From assembly GCF_963921235.1 (NCBI RefSeq), contig NC_086108.1:66962001-67026000 (forward strand): a DNA stretch of 64,000 nt, read 5' to 3'. Under the pieces are notes generated by a model. The model saw only the letters and a list, made by a program, of their open reading frames with translations. It did no database searches and had not been told where the DNA came from. Positions 1-13,423 of this stretch are shown in pieces; position 1 is the first letter of the stretch, and every line of letters starts with the position of its first letter. The position numbers and the translations under genes were made by a program. The DNA comes from Mobula hypostoma. Its lineage: Eukaryota.

Positions 1-120
1 AACCAAGATGATCAATTCTTGGCTCGATGATATCATGAACAGCAAAAATCCATTCCTGATTCTCACATAATACTCTCAGCCCAGATTGTATTGAAGGTCA
101 AAAAATTGTAATTCCCAAGT

Positions 121-330
121 TTATTTTTAGAGATTGTAACAGGCACTTCCAGCCCTACGAGCTCATGCTGCCCAATTATACCTATGTGACCTATTGACCT
201 ACTAACCTGTACATCTTTCGAATGTATGAGGAACATGGAGCATCCGGAGGAAACCGTACAAACAGGCAGCAGTGGGAATTGAAACTGAGTTGCTGGCCCT
301 CATGCTAACCACTACACTACCATGCCACCC
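121..330 (-). mobile_element. V-SINE (HE1-like), diverged
   Basis: Reverse strand reads a tRNA-like head (gggtggcatggtagtgtagtggttagc), the V-domain-like gtttcctccggatgctcc and a CR1-like 3' tail. Similar copies recur in the window. Confidence 0.75.
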
Positions 331-568
331 AGGGTTCAGGTTGACCATGACAGTTTAATTTTGAGTCATCTTTTAGTTTTATAAAGCATGTTTAGCATGA
401 GCAATAAAAAACTCAAACAAATTCGATGGCACTAAGGTGAGTGCACATGGATCAGAAAAAAAGTGGAAAAAAGGCCCAAAGAAAATTTTGCTTTCTTTTT
501 GTAATCATGAGCAAGCATTTTAAATTGAGCTATTGAAATTTGCTGCAGAGTCTGGAATGAATACTTAC

Positions 569-601
569 CATAGCTGTCACTCATTGAACTTCTGTGTGAA
601 A
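569..601 (-). CDS. Candidate 33-nt phase-1 micro-exon (xSHRSSMSDSY) of an unidentified host gene
   Basis: Acceptor ttttaatgttttag and donor g|gtaagta. Length is divisible by 3 and only one frame is open. Confidence 0.35.
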
Positions 602-2447
602 CTAAAACATTAAAATTGAAGTGTGCAGTCAGGAAAGATCAACATCTTCTATTGGAATTTGCCAGTGAATGTTGTGACAAAGCATTACTGTTCATGGAGA
701 TCCTTGCCTGGGTTGTGACTGCAATTCACAGTAAAGTTTTGGAACGAGATCAATTCCATCTATTCTGCTACTGAAGCCCAGAAAGGTGAGAAGCAGTCAG
801 CGCTATTGGTTAATGGTGCATGATTTAAGTCATTCAATAGAAATGAGTAATGATGTCTACACGTAGAATTAAGTAATTATAAACTGTAACATCAAATTTT
901 CTGTTCAATATGATGAGGGGTGACAAGTTAAGGGATACAGATTTTTGCTTTTGCTGATGTTTGCATTATGATTCGTATTGTACTGTCAAATCAAATAAAG
1001 CACAATTCGAGCTCGCGTCGTACATCTGTGCTAATGATGGTCAAACTGTGCACCAAGTTAAAGGTAATCTTTATGGTGCAGGCCTGGAAAAACTGGGGAG
1101 GGAACTGTTACCCAAAGTGATTCCAAGTGAGGTGCTGACAGCACGAAGAATGACTTTCACATCACCAGCCTGTACTGAAATCAAAGCCAGGTCACCAAAC
1201 TTTTGCAGGAATTCTCTACTCTACTTAGCCACTCATAAATAAAGATTATTACAAAATAAATACAATTCTGCAATGAACGAATAAGGTATAGATGCCAGCA
1301 TGCATGCTTCAAGGAAAAGAATGAGTACAAAACCATAAACCAACATGCTGAATTTACTCCATAAACACAGCATTTTGAGACTGATCCTAGAAAACACTGC
1401 ACGTTTGATTTTCATGATCAGATTTTCCGTGTCAGTTCTCTGAAATATGTTTGAATTTCTGAAATAGTAGTGTCAAGCAAAACCCCTCAAATGATGAACA
1501 AGCAAGATGATGGATGCATGAATGAACAACATTACAAGAATCAATCACCCAGCATGGAGTGCAGAAAAGAATCAGTACTGTAAATGTTTCGAACAGAAGT
1601 ACGCTCTGTGACTCAGATCATCAAATGAATGCCGGACACCAAGGCAGTAAAGTAAATGCATTTAATTAGAAATCTTTTGCTAATGAGTCTGCATGACTAC
1701 ACAACCAATCACAGGAACAAAGACCTGAAAGCTCTGAGTTGACTATCAAGTATCAAATGTGCTGGTAAATACGGGCCTTTAGCAGTCATGAATCTTCAGC
1801 TGAAACAAAGTTTTGTTCATATTTTATTTCATTGTTTAGCCCCCGTCATGCTGTATGCAATAATACAATCTCTACACAATGAATACAAAAGAACCTTAAT
1901 GCAAGGAACATCTGTGTTTGAGCAGATACTGCATGGACTTATTAAACAAACAGCTGACACAGCCTGCAGGATCGGGATCCTCATAATGTGCACCATGTGT
2001 ATTGGTGCATCTCAGGAAACTTTCGACAGGAAAAATCAATCAAAACGCTATCTGTCTTTCATGAAGCTTGTGCTGTATAGGATATAAACTGGCATCCTTC
2101 TATGATGAAAAGGAAAATTATAGAAGGGAAGCAAAACAAATAGAAATCTAATTATTCGTATTAATTTAATATTTACTGTATACAATACAGATTTAATAGA
2201 AACAGATAAGGCAGAAACTGTTCTCTGGTGTGAAAAAAGTCATGAAATGGGTTTACACTTCTTACAGGAAACTAAGTCTATTCAAAAGATACAAATTAAG
2301 TTTTATTGATAAACCCCTTCCTTTACCATAACAAGCTCCACCATTTCTGGTCAAGAGGAGAAAGATATAGATAGCACTGCACTTCATAAACTAATTTTTA
2401 GAATTTCCTGTGTGCAACTGTGTGCAATTTATATGCTTGCTCAGAAT

Positions 2448-2526
2448 CAGGGGTTCAGAACCTGGGGTCTATGGACGATTAGTTAATGGTGGGGGTCCAT
2501 GGCATAAAAAAGGTTGGGAGCCCCTG
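2448..2526. mobile_element. hAT (Charlie-like) MITE, 79 bp
   Basis: Imperfect TIRs caggggttcagaacct / aggttgggagcccctg and a perfect 8-bp TSD CTCAGAAT (2440-2447, 2527-2534). Confidence 0.9.
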
Positions 2527-3489
2527 CTCAGAATTTTGGCTGATGGAAAGAGAAATGGATATTTGTGTATATGAATGAAACACAATGCTGGTATCATCAA
2601 AATTAGAAAATGTATTAAATTAAAACATAAAAATATTCCACCAAACTCATCAGCTTAGCTGATAAAGCTGTCATAGAGAGCAGTAAAATAACTGGCCTTG
2701 AAGAAAAGTTAAAAGAATATAACAATTCCTATAATTTATAAATTTCAATAAAAATCTGTGGATTTCATCGGATTTCAGCCAATCCAGACAGCCTTGCTTT
2801 GCCAATGTTAGTCACCTGAGCAATCGACAAGTTGAGCAAGATTCCATCTTCTCCATTACTATCCTGTAATTCTTGCCTACAAGAATAAAATGTAATTGAT
2901 GCCATATATACGTCATGAGGGCTGTGACGCTCGCACTAAAGAGGGTGTGCACAAGAATGTAACTTTAACCACACACACACACTCAATGATTGTTTGAGGT
3001 AGAGGGAAGATTTCTGCTGCTGCTGTCCATCCTCCAGGGCATGCCCCTTCATCGCTGTTGCTTGCTTAACTCTTTAATCACACACAAAGGACCATTTCTT
3101 ACTCTTATCTGCTCAACGATTGAGGAAATGCTTCCTTATTTAAGTTCTGCTTTTCTTTCACCTGCTGCAGCACTAATGGTTTTTGACATCAAATGAGATG
3201 AATAAATCAGCAGCTCTGCAGATGCAGAACGAATTTAGTTTCTCACTTCTCGGTGACATCGTACATTTCTGCTTCAGTTGGCACCTCAAAAATACTTGAA
3301 CTATAAATTGCAAGTGCAATACCATACCAAAAAAAATTACAGGTAAGAACAGGGAAAGGAAATATACTGTAAAACATAAAGGATTAAAAATAGGGAGCAA
3401 TTAAACAAAAGGCATGGAAATGTAAATGTTAGATTAACCCTTGACTGTCAACTAGTGCAGGACACATGCTAAGTTTGGAAGGCTAACTA

Positions 3490-3930
3490 AATACTGCTAT
3501 TAATTTTCAGGGGAATTGAATACAAAAGTGAGGAGGTTATGCATCAGCAATACAGGTGAGACTATGTATATGTTGAACTGTTGATGCCCATATGTAAGGA
3601 AGGCTGTTAATATGCTGGAAGAGGTTAAAAGAAGATTCACTAAACTAATACCTGGTGGGGGCAGGATGTCTCCTTAGGAAGGTTAGGCTCATATTTGCTG
3701 AAGTTTAGATGACTGAAGCAAACTGATTGAAACCTTGGACAGACTTAGACAGGCGGATGTAAAAAGAGTATTTTCTCTTGTTTAGTTTCGAGAGTGAGGG
3801 GTCACATTTTAAAAACGTGTTCATGTATGTAAGACAATGATGCCATATTTTTCCCATAGGTGGTCATGAGTCTTAGGAATTCTTTTTCACAAAGCATGGG
3901 ATTTTAGAATCGCGGAATATTTTTAAGGTG
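3490..3930 (+). mobile_element. Degraded CR1 LINE ORF2 3' fragment
   Basis: gggaattgaatacaaaagt...agaagattcactaaactaatacctgg resembles the intact CR1 C-terminus at 50172-50678. Confidence 0.65.
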
Positions 3931-4899
3931 TAAAAATATGAATATGGTTGATATTGCAACAATAGAATATGACTGCTACAAACAGCAACAAATAGACTTA
4001 TATCCAATATAAAACCACAATATCACTGAGTAGAAATGTGGACTTTTTGTTCACAGAAATAGTTGCCTAAAACTGTACAAATAAATGAAAATAAATTGCA
4101 CTTTCTGTGTCAGAACAGCACAAATATTCTTCTTTATTTAATTCTACAGACACAACCAAGTTCAACTTGCCAACACATAAATACTGAATTAATATAGGCC
4201 TCTGCAAAATTCCAAAGGAATGTGAAACAAGGCAATTAATAATGAACAAGGGGCTGGCCACATTGGTAAATAATAAGTCTAAGGATTTGTTTGGTCATTT
4301 GGCTGTATTTCATGTGCAAAAGAATGTTTCTAGCTTGTATAATTACTGACTCATAAGACACTCCAAAGAAACAAAACCAGAGATCAAGAACAGTTCAGTA
4401 ATTCCTATTTCCTGCATGGAGCCAAACAGTTTACCATTCACGTAAACACCAATACACTAATGTGCAACTTGCTATCTAAGGCCATGATCACTGAGAAGAT
4501 AACACAGAATACACCTTCAACTAATCAACATAGAAGCCTGGCAGTAAGATGTAATTTTGCATTAGGTAGTTCCACCCTGGGAAAGCCCGGCTATCCTGTC
4601 CATCTATGCCTCTTAACTTGTATACCTTTACTATCAGAGATCCTGTGCTAGATACATTTTGGATTCCCTTTTCAATTTTAGCAGTGCACACCACAGACAA
4701 GGCAAACAACAAACTGCAGTAGTGACTCAGTTGGTCAGGCAGCAAGTATTTTTTTGTTCTACTCATTCCAGAGAGGAAGACATGTTGAATTGCTTTAGAA
4801 GTGCAAGGCTCTTGTTTATGCACATTAGAAACATGTACAAAATATTGCCACAAAATATCATTTTATATAACTTACACAGCACAGAAGAATTTGAAGATC

Positions 4900-5290
4900 A
4901 TGGGATCCTGAGCTTCAAAAGAGATTTTCATAAACATTAGTTCAGGGCCAGATAAAGGACTGTGTTCATTTCTGAGCACCTCACTTTAAGAAGGATGTGA
5001 ATGTTTTGAAGTCATTTACTGAAATGTTCTCAGTGATGAAGAATTGCAGATATGTACCTCAGCGTGGAGAAGCAGGATTGTTCTGTTTAGAGTGGAGAAG
5101 GCTGATGATATGGCATAGAGCTAAGTATGAAGGTTTTAGATGGAAAAGGTAAAGAATTAAATTCAACCTGGAGAAAAACTTACCCAAATGAACTGCCTAA
5201 ATGTGTGGTGAATGCAAGGTAAATTGTAGCTTCCATAAGAAGACTGGATAAACAAATGTCAGAAGAAAAAGTGCAATAGATGAGGCTAAT
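4900..5290 (+). mobile_element. Degraded CR1 LINE 3' fragment
   Basis: tgtgttcatttctgagcacctcactttaagaaggatgt corresponds to the CVQFWSP.YRKD region and is heavily decayed. Confidence 0.55.
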
Positions 5291-5637
5291 TGAACTGTTT
5301 TTAGAGAAGCCAAAGTAAGTCAAATCACCTTTTTTATTGATGCCATCAGATGATGCATGATGTAGAAATTTATTCTCAGACACTTGTGCTAAATTTGAAA
5401 ATATACAGTAATTGCATTCTGTCTCTGAAATTTAGATGCATTGGCTTCAACCTATCACAGACCGTTCCTTTTATTCTTGCTTTATCTTCACCTTCAACTT
5501 TCTAGTTCCAATGAATGACTGTCAATCTGACATGTTAAGTGACCCACAGAGGATTTCTTTCAGATTCTCTGCATATTTTTTGCTTTTTAAAAATCTGCAG
5601 CAAATTGATCAGATTTTACTCTTATTAATAACTAACC

Positions 5638-6226
5638 ACTACTACTACGTCGACTCAGGCCTAGGGAGCAGGCGCCGGGCACGATGATCGACTTTCCACT
5701 TCTCCCTCTCCCTCATCAGTGTGTTCAGTTCATCTACATTAGCTGCACCGCTGTCTTCTAGGAGCATGTTGACCATAGTCTTGGGAGGGTGCCCAGAGTT
5801 CATCCTCCCATGCTTGGGCTCCCATATGACTAGGCTGGCAAGTAGCTCGGGGTGGCGTAGACAGTGCCCCGCTAGTTGCAGTCTTCTTGCCTCGATTTTA
5901 ATGGTGAGCATCAGTAGGTTGTTATAGAGCTCTATGTTCATCATGTGCTGTTGCCAACACACGTCAAGAGCCATCCGGAACATTTATGTATAGCAACCAT
6001 CTAGAGACTTTCGCATTGTCTTGGTGAGTGTCCACGTCTCGCATCCGTACGTGGGAATGGACTCAATGACTGCTATGAAAATCCTCTTTTTAAGCCCTCT
6101 GGTCAGGTTCGACTTCCAGATTTCCTTCATGTTATTCGTAGCCCTCCATGCCAGCGCCTTCCGTATCTTTATGTCCTTCTCCGAACTCATCATTCTTGAT
6201 CCGAGGTACTTGTAGTCAATGACTAC
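5638..6226 (-). mobile_element. 5'-truncated RTE-clade LINE
   Basis: ORFs 5984-6193 and 5645-5983 (YKYLGS...YGCETWTL...RRLQLAGHCLR) are separated by one in-frame stop. (TAG)n tail and TSD TAATAACTAACC (5626-5637, 6227-6238). Confidence 0.9.
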
Positions 6227-8509
6227 TAATAACTAACCTTGCCATGCTATCAAGCTAAGAAACCTCTCTGTTTGTTCTCATAGAACAAGCTCCACTGCAA
6301 CAATTTAAGATAATAGTAAAAGTATCTGCAAGTATACTAAATAAAGTTTTAATATTTTAAGGTACAAAATATTCATGAATTCTTTACTCAGTCTGTGGAG
6401 ATTAATGGAAAAGAACGTGGATAAATGTAAGGATTCTGAAACTATTTCACTGTTCCTCTCTGGAGTGTTTCAATTTTTAGATATTTCACCCTCTATCACC
6501 CCCTGAAAATATTTCTGTCCCTGTCTTGCTGCCTCAGTTTTGCCTTGAATAGCGATTTTTTAAAAAACAGAGTGAATTGATTTTCCATTAACATGTTTGA
6601 AAACCGCTTAAAAATGTGGACATAAGTAAGCATCTCCATTGAATATTCAGGAGAGCAAAGCTCAAACCTTGCAATAGGTGACGATGCCATCCTGAAGCCA
6701 AAAGATTTTCAAAGCTGTGAAATCAGTTTTTCTAAAAGGTCCATAAACTAATTTTGAGTACCTATATACCTGCAAATATGTGTCAGATATTGAAAGCATT
6801 TCATTCGTAAAGTACAAGCATTTTCATTGACAGTGATAAGAACTAGTCTTCCACAGACCTTCCATCAGTGAAGTGACAAATCACAAACTAACTCTCAAAA
6901 CCTTCCGCTCATCAACCCTCTGACTCACACAGTAAATTCACAGTTTGAATGTTTATCCACGTTTGAAAATGTATTGGAACCACTTGAAATAAATGCATAA
7001 GAAACTGTAGCATAAATGGATTTAGCTGTACAAATGAAAAATGGCTTGAGGTTGTGGCACCCTGTATGCATCTGTTTATTATTCATTGTAAACTTTCATG
7101 TTATAATGATGAATTGTTTTATTCTCCATATAACATTGTCCCCAGAGGGTTTGTCTGAGTTTGAACTGTTTTTGGCAGCATCTGCTTTTGATAAATGGAG
7201 CTCTAAATCCTTTATGTGATCAAGCTCTTCAGAATGCAGTTCCAGGGAATCTTTCTGCTAAGGATGTTGTACACTTTTTCAAATATATAAAAAATTAACT
7301 ACCCTCACCATTTGCCTTCAAGTTAAAAAGAAAATAACTATCTTTCAAAAACAACCAAATGTTTGATATGATCAAACTTTAACCAAATTCTTTCTGCTGA
7401 AAGTTTTTCAAAAGGTTTGTCACAAAACATCACACTTTTTTAATCTAAAGTCCAACACAGAATTCACAACCTTTTATGAATGGAAATAATGTAATATTTG
7501 TTACACTTCCCAAATTGACACCTGCCAGAAACATATTTTGTATTTTCTGAGCAATTAACGATTTTCAAATTAAGTCCTATCAAATGTGCTTTTCTGATAC
7601 TATGACTGGAAGAGAAGACCGCCGTTAATTAAAAGGCTGTTTCCATTTTGTTGGTTACATTCATCAGCTACTGTTTTCAACAGCACAGATTCAGAACCAG
7701 ATTTTCAAGGCAGACACACTGAGCCATCTGTAATGAATTATGGTTGTATGTAGACATGCGGTGGACCAAAATCACTGAAACATAACAGAACTGAAAAATA
7801 TACCACAACCCAATAACATAGAAATCTTATGGGTGGTGTATTCAAACCAAATGCTAGGCTCAACTCCGGTTATGTGGCAAAAGCAAAACCAGAAACAAAT
7901 TGACATACAACACATCTCTTCCATTAGAGATTATTAATGTTACCCTTGAATGCCACATCTATCTGTAAATACAGCATTAGAAGCAGATGCACTTTGAAAA
8001 TACTGTATACCTTTCTAGCTGCACACCATTCATCAATAGATAAATAATATATTGGAAGGGCCCCCTATTGTTGACTAGATTAATGTTCAAGTATTCTCAA
8101 CATTAGAATTCTTCACATTCTGTTTCATGTTGGAGGTGAGGTGTATGTAAAATCGTACTTGTAGATCTCCAACCCTATATTACTCCCTCTCTCCCATGCC
8201 CTTTTTAAAAGTTCTGAAGTTTTGTATCCTCAACTAAATGAAAAACATTGACATAGTGTATGTCACCACAACAATCAAAACGAATCCTGTAACCACTTTC
8301 CACAGGCACACTTTCCCTCACAGTTCACTGAAAACAGTAAGGAGATGAAACCCTGCAATTATTTCAACTTCCTAAACCAGCAGAATACGTCTAATTTCAG
8401 CATCTTTATGATATGTTAACTAATTTATCTCAATATGTAGATCAAATATATGAAGCCTCTGGTTGCTTTGTTTCAAATCCATGAAGGACAACACTATTAA
8501 GTTATTTAA

Positions 8510-9005
8510 ATAATTGAAACTGCTGGAAATACTCTGCAGATCAGGGAGCATCTACGAAAAGAAGAAGAAAAACACTTTAAGCCCAAGAAAATTTTCAGCT
8601 GTAACACTCCTTTATTCGGGGTACTCATTGAAAGCTTCTCACCAGAGGATATGAATCTCCGGAACTCTCTCTTCTGGAGGATATTTGTCAACATTTAAAG
8701 AGGAAGTTGAAACATTTTTGAAAGATTAGGGAATTAAAGCTGTTGAGACAGTTGAAAAAGAAATGAAGCCTAAGGTTGGTCAGAAATGATCACACTGAAT
8801 GATGGGGCAGCTTGAGGGGATGAGTGGCCTGCTCCTATTGTGTCATGTTCTCATATCCAAGACCCTTCTTCTATCAAGTGACATTTGATAAGGAGTCTCA
8901 CATATGAGATGCTAACTGCTTTTTCTTTCAACCGATGCTGTCTGACTTACTGAATGTTTCCAGCAGCTTCTGTTTTTATTTTCGATTTCAGGTATCTGCA
9001 GTCTT
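8510..9005. repeat. Cluster of decayed Penelope pLTR remnants and a CR1 3' end
   Basis: tgctggaaatactctgcagatcagggagcatct, the opposite-strand gatgctgtctgacttactgaatgtttccagc, and a CR1 tail gagtggcctgctcctatt. Confidence 0.55.
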
Positions 9006-9786
9006 TTTTAAAATTTTCATAGCCTTTCATTTTATCTGTTTAAATAGCAGCATGGTGTAACAGGAAATCAATAACATTAGCTTGGATCTAATCAGTATCC
9101 TGGGATTGTTGGCTGTCTGTGCATTATTGACAGTGGTGCTTCCAGCATGGTCCAGGCCACAGCTTTCTACTATTGTCCCTTCCATAACTCTATCACTCCC
9201 ATCTCATCCCTATCAAACTCATTACACTAATTATCATTGCTTTTATTTGAAAAACAAACACTAGAAGTGAGAAGAGGTCAGAAGAAATTCCCGATCTACA
9301 AATCTAAAGGTCCATCACTGTTATTGTATTGGCCCTTCCTCTGCTAAAGGATGATTCAAGGCAAGCTTTCATGAAGTGGAATTCAGAAATCCTGAGCAAT
9401 GCCTGACTGTACAGTGCCACTGATTTAATCACTGAGCCACTGTCAGCTTTTATTCATGGAGTTAAACGGATAGGATGTATGTAACTATTTGTCTAACAAT
9501 CAATCAGTCCTTCAGTAGGTTAAATTACTATCGGAAATGGAAAGGCACAAGGTTTGAATGGCAATTTTAGAAAAGAAATTTGTTAACTGCTTAATATAAT
9601 TACTTACACAAATCATTCAAAAAACTTAATCATCAAAATGTGAATTACCTTAATTTTAATTAAATAAGAGTTTAATGAATTAGATACTATGAATCATTGG
9701 AAGTGCAAAACCAAGCCATTTCTGGCAACTCATGCTAGTTTGAAACACTTAGCATCACAGTAGATTAGTGAGGTCTCCACTTTGTT

Positions 9787-10541
9787 CATAGTCATAGTCA
9801 TACCTTATTAATCCCTGGGGAAATTGGTTTTTGTTACAGTTGCTCCATAAATAATAAATAGCAATAGAACCATAAATAGTTAAATAGTAATATGTAAATT
9901 ATGCCAGTAAATTATGAAATAAGTCCAGGACCAGCCTATTGGCTCAGGGTGTCTGACCCTCCAAGGGAGGAGTTGTAAAGTTTGATGGCCACAGGCAGGA
10001 ATGACTTCCTATGACGCTCTGTGTTGCATCTCGGTGGAATGAGTCTCTGGCTGAATGTACTACTGTGCCCAACCAGTACATTATGTAGTGGATGGGAGAC
10101 ATTGACCAAGTTGGCATGCAACTTAGACAGCATCCACTTTTCAGACACCACCGTGAGAGAGTCCAGTTCCATCCCCACAACATCACTGGCCTTACGAATG
10201 AGTTTGTTGTTCTGTTGGTGTCTGCCACCCTTAGCCTGCTGCCCCAGCACACAACAGCAAACATGATAGCACTGGCCACCACAGACTCGTAGAACATCCT
10301 CAGCATCGTTGTAAAGGACCTCGGTCTCCTCAGAAAATAGAGATGGCTCTGACCCTTCTTGTAGACAGCCTCAGTGTTCTTTGACCAGTCCAGTTTATTG
10401 TCAATTCGTATCCCCAGGTATTTGTAATCCTCCACCATGTCCACACTGAGCCCCTGGATGGAAACAGGGGTCACCGGTACCTTAGCTCTCCTCAGGTCTA
10501 CCACCAGCTCCTTAGTCTTTTTCACATTAAGCTGCAGATAA
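9787..10541 (-). mobile_element. 5'-truncated Rex1/Babar-clade LINE
   Basis: KTKELVVDLRR...YKYLGIRIDNKLDW...LYFLRR with a frameshifted C-terminus (HPLH...RKSFLPVAIKLYN) and a (TATGAC)n tail. Confidence 0.9.
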
Positions 10542-11159
10542 TTGTGTTCCAGTTCCAGTTGTGCTGTGGCTCCCTTCTTCTCTCCTCTTCACAAAGAGAA
10601 CATGTAAACATGGGGTTTCTTAATGAATTAAAATTGAAATCAGACCAATTGCAAAACAGAGTCAGTGTTTTTTTGGGGGGTAAACTCACAAATATCACTT
10701 CTAATTTGAATCAATTAATTTTTGACAAGTCTGATAGTTGTGGTGTAAAGATAAAAACACACAAGCAGTCAAATAACTGTAGCTTGGTTTGACAAATGGT
10801 ATGTAACATTTAAAATTCTCAGCAATATTGTGCTTAGAATCTTATTAGAGCCCCCAAAAGACTCCTGATAATATTGACTCAATTTAGTTTAGGCCAGGGT
10901 GAAATGTGTATTGCCTAATAACTTCCAGCTTACTCACTAAGGTCCACTTTGTTTTCAGTAGGCTGGAAGGGTTCTGCTCGTAGTTTAGCCGTGTCCATTT
11001 TTTACATGTTAGGTGTTGATGGTACCAAGTCTGCTTTAGTCTCAGTTGTTAAGTCAGCTGCCAGATTCAGATGAGTAGAAAGTGGCTTCTGTTTCCCTCC
11101 TTTCTGATACTGAGATATTGGCACGGTTCTAGTCTTTTGAACTTCACCTGTTTTAATCA

Positions 11160-11395
11160 GTTCACCACTGGCCTCCCTGCCTACAGCTGTCCTGGGCTAA
11201 AGGTATGCATTCCCTTTCCTCAACTCACCAAAACTCTCCATCCTTTAAAGTACTCCTTGAGCTCCTGGGTGTTTCATAATTTGCTTTCACATGATTCATT
11301 GGCCAATTTTTCCTGGATAATGCCCATATCTATCACATTGAGGTGTTTATCCACATTAAATACAGGATACATAAATGTGAATTATTCTTGTTATG
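11160..11395 (+). mobile_element. Ancient L2-like 3' end
   Basis: Ends in an L2-type tail (cacattaaa...ataaatgtgaattattcttgtt) and resembles 46930-47515. Confidence 0.4.
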
Positions 11396-12153
11396 CTACT
11401 CAGATTACAGGATAAAGTGAGAAAATAGCTATGATAACAATAGAAAGATGTTTAACACAAAAACAATTTAAAGATTTATTTTCAAAGCCTAATATGTAAG
11501 GCGCTGTACTTCCTCTGCAAAACATCCCACTGTAAATAAGTGCCAGGCGTAATCCAAAAGCAAATATACAGCATTTCTTTATGTCTAGTGTATAATGTAT
11601 CAAAGTGGGATAGGAAGACCAATAGATTTGTGATCTGATACACTTCTGCTGAGACCAACTAACTCCACGTGAGGCAGCGATTCAATTAGCTCAACAGCAC
11701 AGGCAGCAGTATGCAAGACATCGGACAGGAACCGCCCCTTTGCAAAATCTGCTCAGAACAGTTTTATTTCTATGAAGCTTACTAGCATTCAGATAAAAGT
11801 AATTTGGAAACTACAATCAAGTACTGTTCAGCACTGAACATAAAGCTCAAATAATCAACTCAACATTTTCCTCTTCTTGACAGATCAGTAGTACATCAGT
11901 GCTGAAAGTGGATTCTGGACATCTCCCTCATTTTTACAGAATCGCAGACTATCCTAAATTGGGAACTTCAGACACAATAATTATTAATGTTCCATAGCCA
12001 TAGTCCATACCTGCAACTATGCTGCTGCTTTTCATTTCTGTTTTATGTGGATAGAAAGTATATACTTTGTATTAAATCAGAGATGGCAACATGCATTGCA
12101 AGAAAGCTTGACCCATTGCTGCAAATCATCCTCCACTCCACTTCCGCCCCCCC

Positions 12154-12185
12154 CCCCACTTCCCACTTCCCACTTCCCACTTCCC
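12154..12185. repeat. (CCCACTT)4 microsatellite next to a poly-C run
   Basis: Read directly from the sequence. Confidence 0.9.
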
Positions 12186-12411
12186 AGAGACCAGGCACTG
12201 ATTTCAATTCATCCATTTCTGACTCTGGTCGGGAACTGTCCTTCCAGAAATTATAGACCAGAGTCCCATTTTTATATTCAATGCTCAAATGAAATGTATC
12301 CAATTATGCACTCAGTTTGGAAAGCTTCAAGTTATTGAGCTGAACTCATGCTTTTGTTTCAAGTTTTCTGTTCATATAAGCACTCATGGTGGTTCCAATA
12401 AATGGCATAAT

Positions 12412-12548
12412 CTTGTCCTGAAGAAGGGTCTTGGCCCAAAACGTCAACTGTTTATTCATTTCCATAGACGCTGTCTGACCTGTTGAGTTCCTCCAGCATT
12501 TTGTGTGCATTGCCCTAGACTTCCAGGGTCTGCAGAATCTCTTGTGTT
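12412..12548 (+). mobile_element. Solo Penelope pLTR/3' remnant with a mutated hammerhead
   Basis: gtcctgaagaagggtcttggcccaaaacgtcaactg (GAAA changed to AAAA) followed by the shared pLTR tail. Confidence 0.8.
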
Positions 12549-13164
12549 AACAGTGTGTATGTGCATTTGTTTCCTTATTCTCTCATACTTTCTTTCAAGT
12601 AGTTTTAATCCTTTTTGTTCTTTTAATGTGATCATCTATAATCTCCACATTGGATTCCTTTCCTTCAACATCTAATGCTAGTTGATCTATCCTGGTATCT
12701 GCCCACAGACAGCAACGATGTTAGTCATCTAACTGGAGTGTAACATTTTTAATTCAAGTCATTGACTTACTTACCTTGGTTAAAATATTTATGGTAACAT
12801 AGTTCTTAGGACTAAAATCAACATGTATTTTAGCAGATGTAGTAAATGATTTAATGCTAAAAATTATTAAGTTTCAATTGATTTTCCTTTATTAACACCC
12901 TGAATGAAATAAAACTGAACAATGAACTCCTGTGTTGTTCTCATTGTGATCCACTCAAAGCTCACTGATCAAAAGATTGTAGGAAGTATAAGAGGGAAGG
13001 AGTTCTACAACCTTTACATTCTGAGATGGATGGAGCAAATTAGAGTGTGATTGATGCTGAGTTTTGATTGCAAAGCAATGACAGATAATAAGCAGGCTTT
13101 CAGGGTAAGCAGTGAATGAATGACACTAATTGTTTGTTATATTTGCAACAGGCATTTTTTTAAA

Positions 13165-13423
13165 TTTATGTAATTATTCATTGAGATACAGCATGGAATA
13201 GGCCCTTCCAGCCACACCGCCCAGCAATCCCCCAGTTTAATCCCAGCCTAATCACAGGACAATTTACAATGACCAATTGACCAACCAACTGGCAGGTCTT
13301 TGGACTGTGGGAGGAAATGCACGGGGTCACGGGGAGAACATACAAACTCCTTACAGGCTGCAGCAGGAATTGAACCTGGGCCACTAGTACTGTAAGCGTT
13401 GTGCCAACCACAACGCAACCCTG
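13165..13423 (-). mobile_element. V-SINE (HE1-like)
   Basis: B-box-like caggttcaattcc, V domain, and a 3' tail gaagggcctattccatgctgtatctc shared with CR1 3' ends. Confidence 0.85.

Noticed and set aside
12043..12303. 86-aa ORF with a repeated WEVG motif
   Set aside because: The periodicity comes from the (CCCACTT)n microsatellite.
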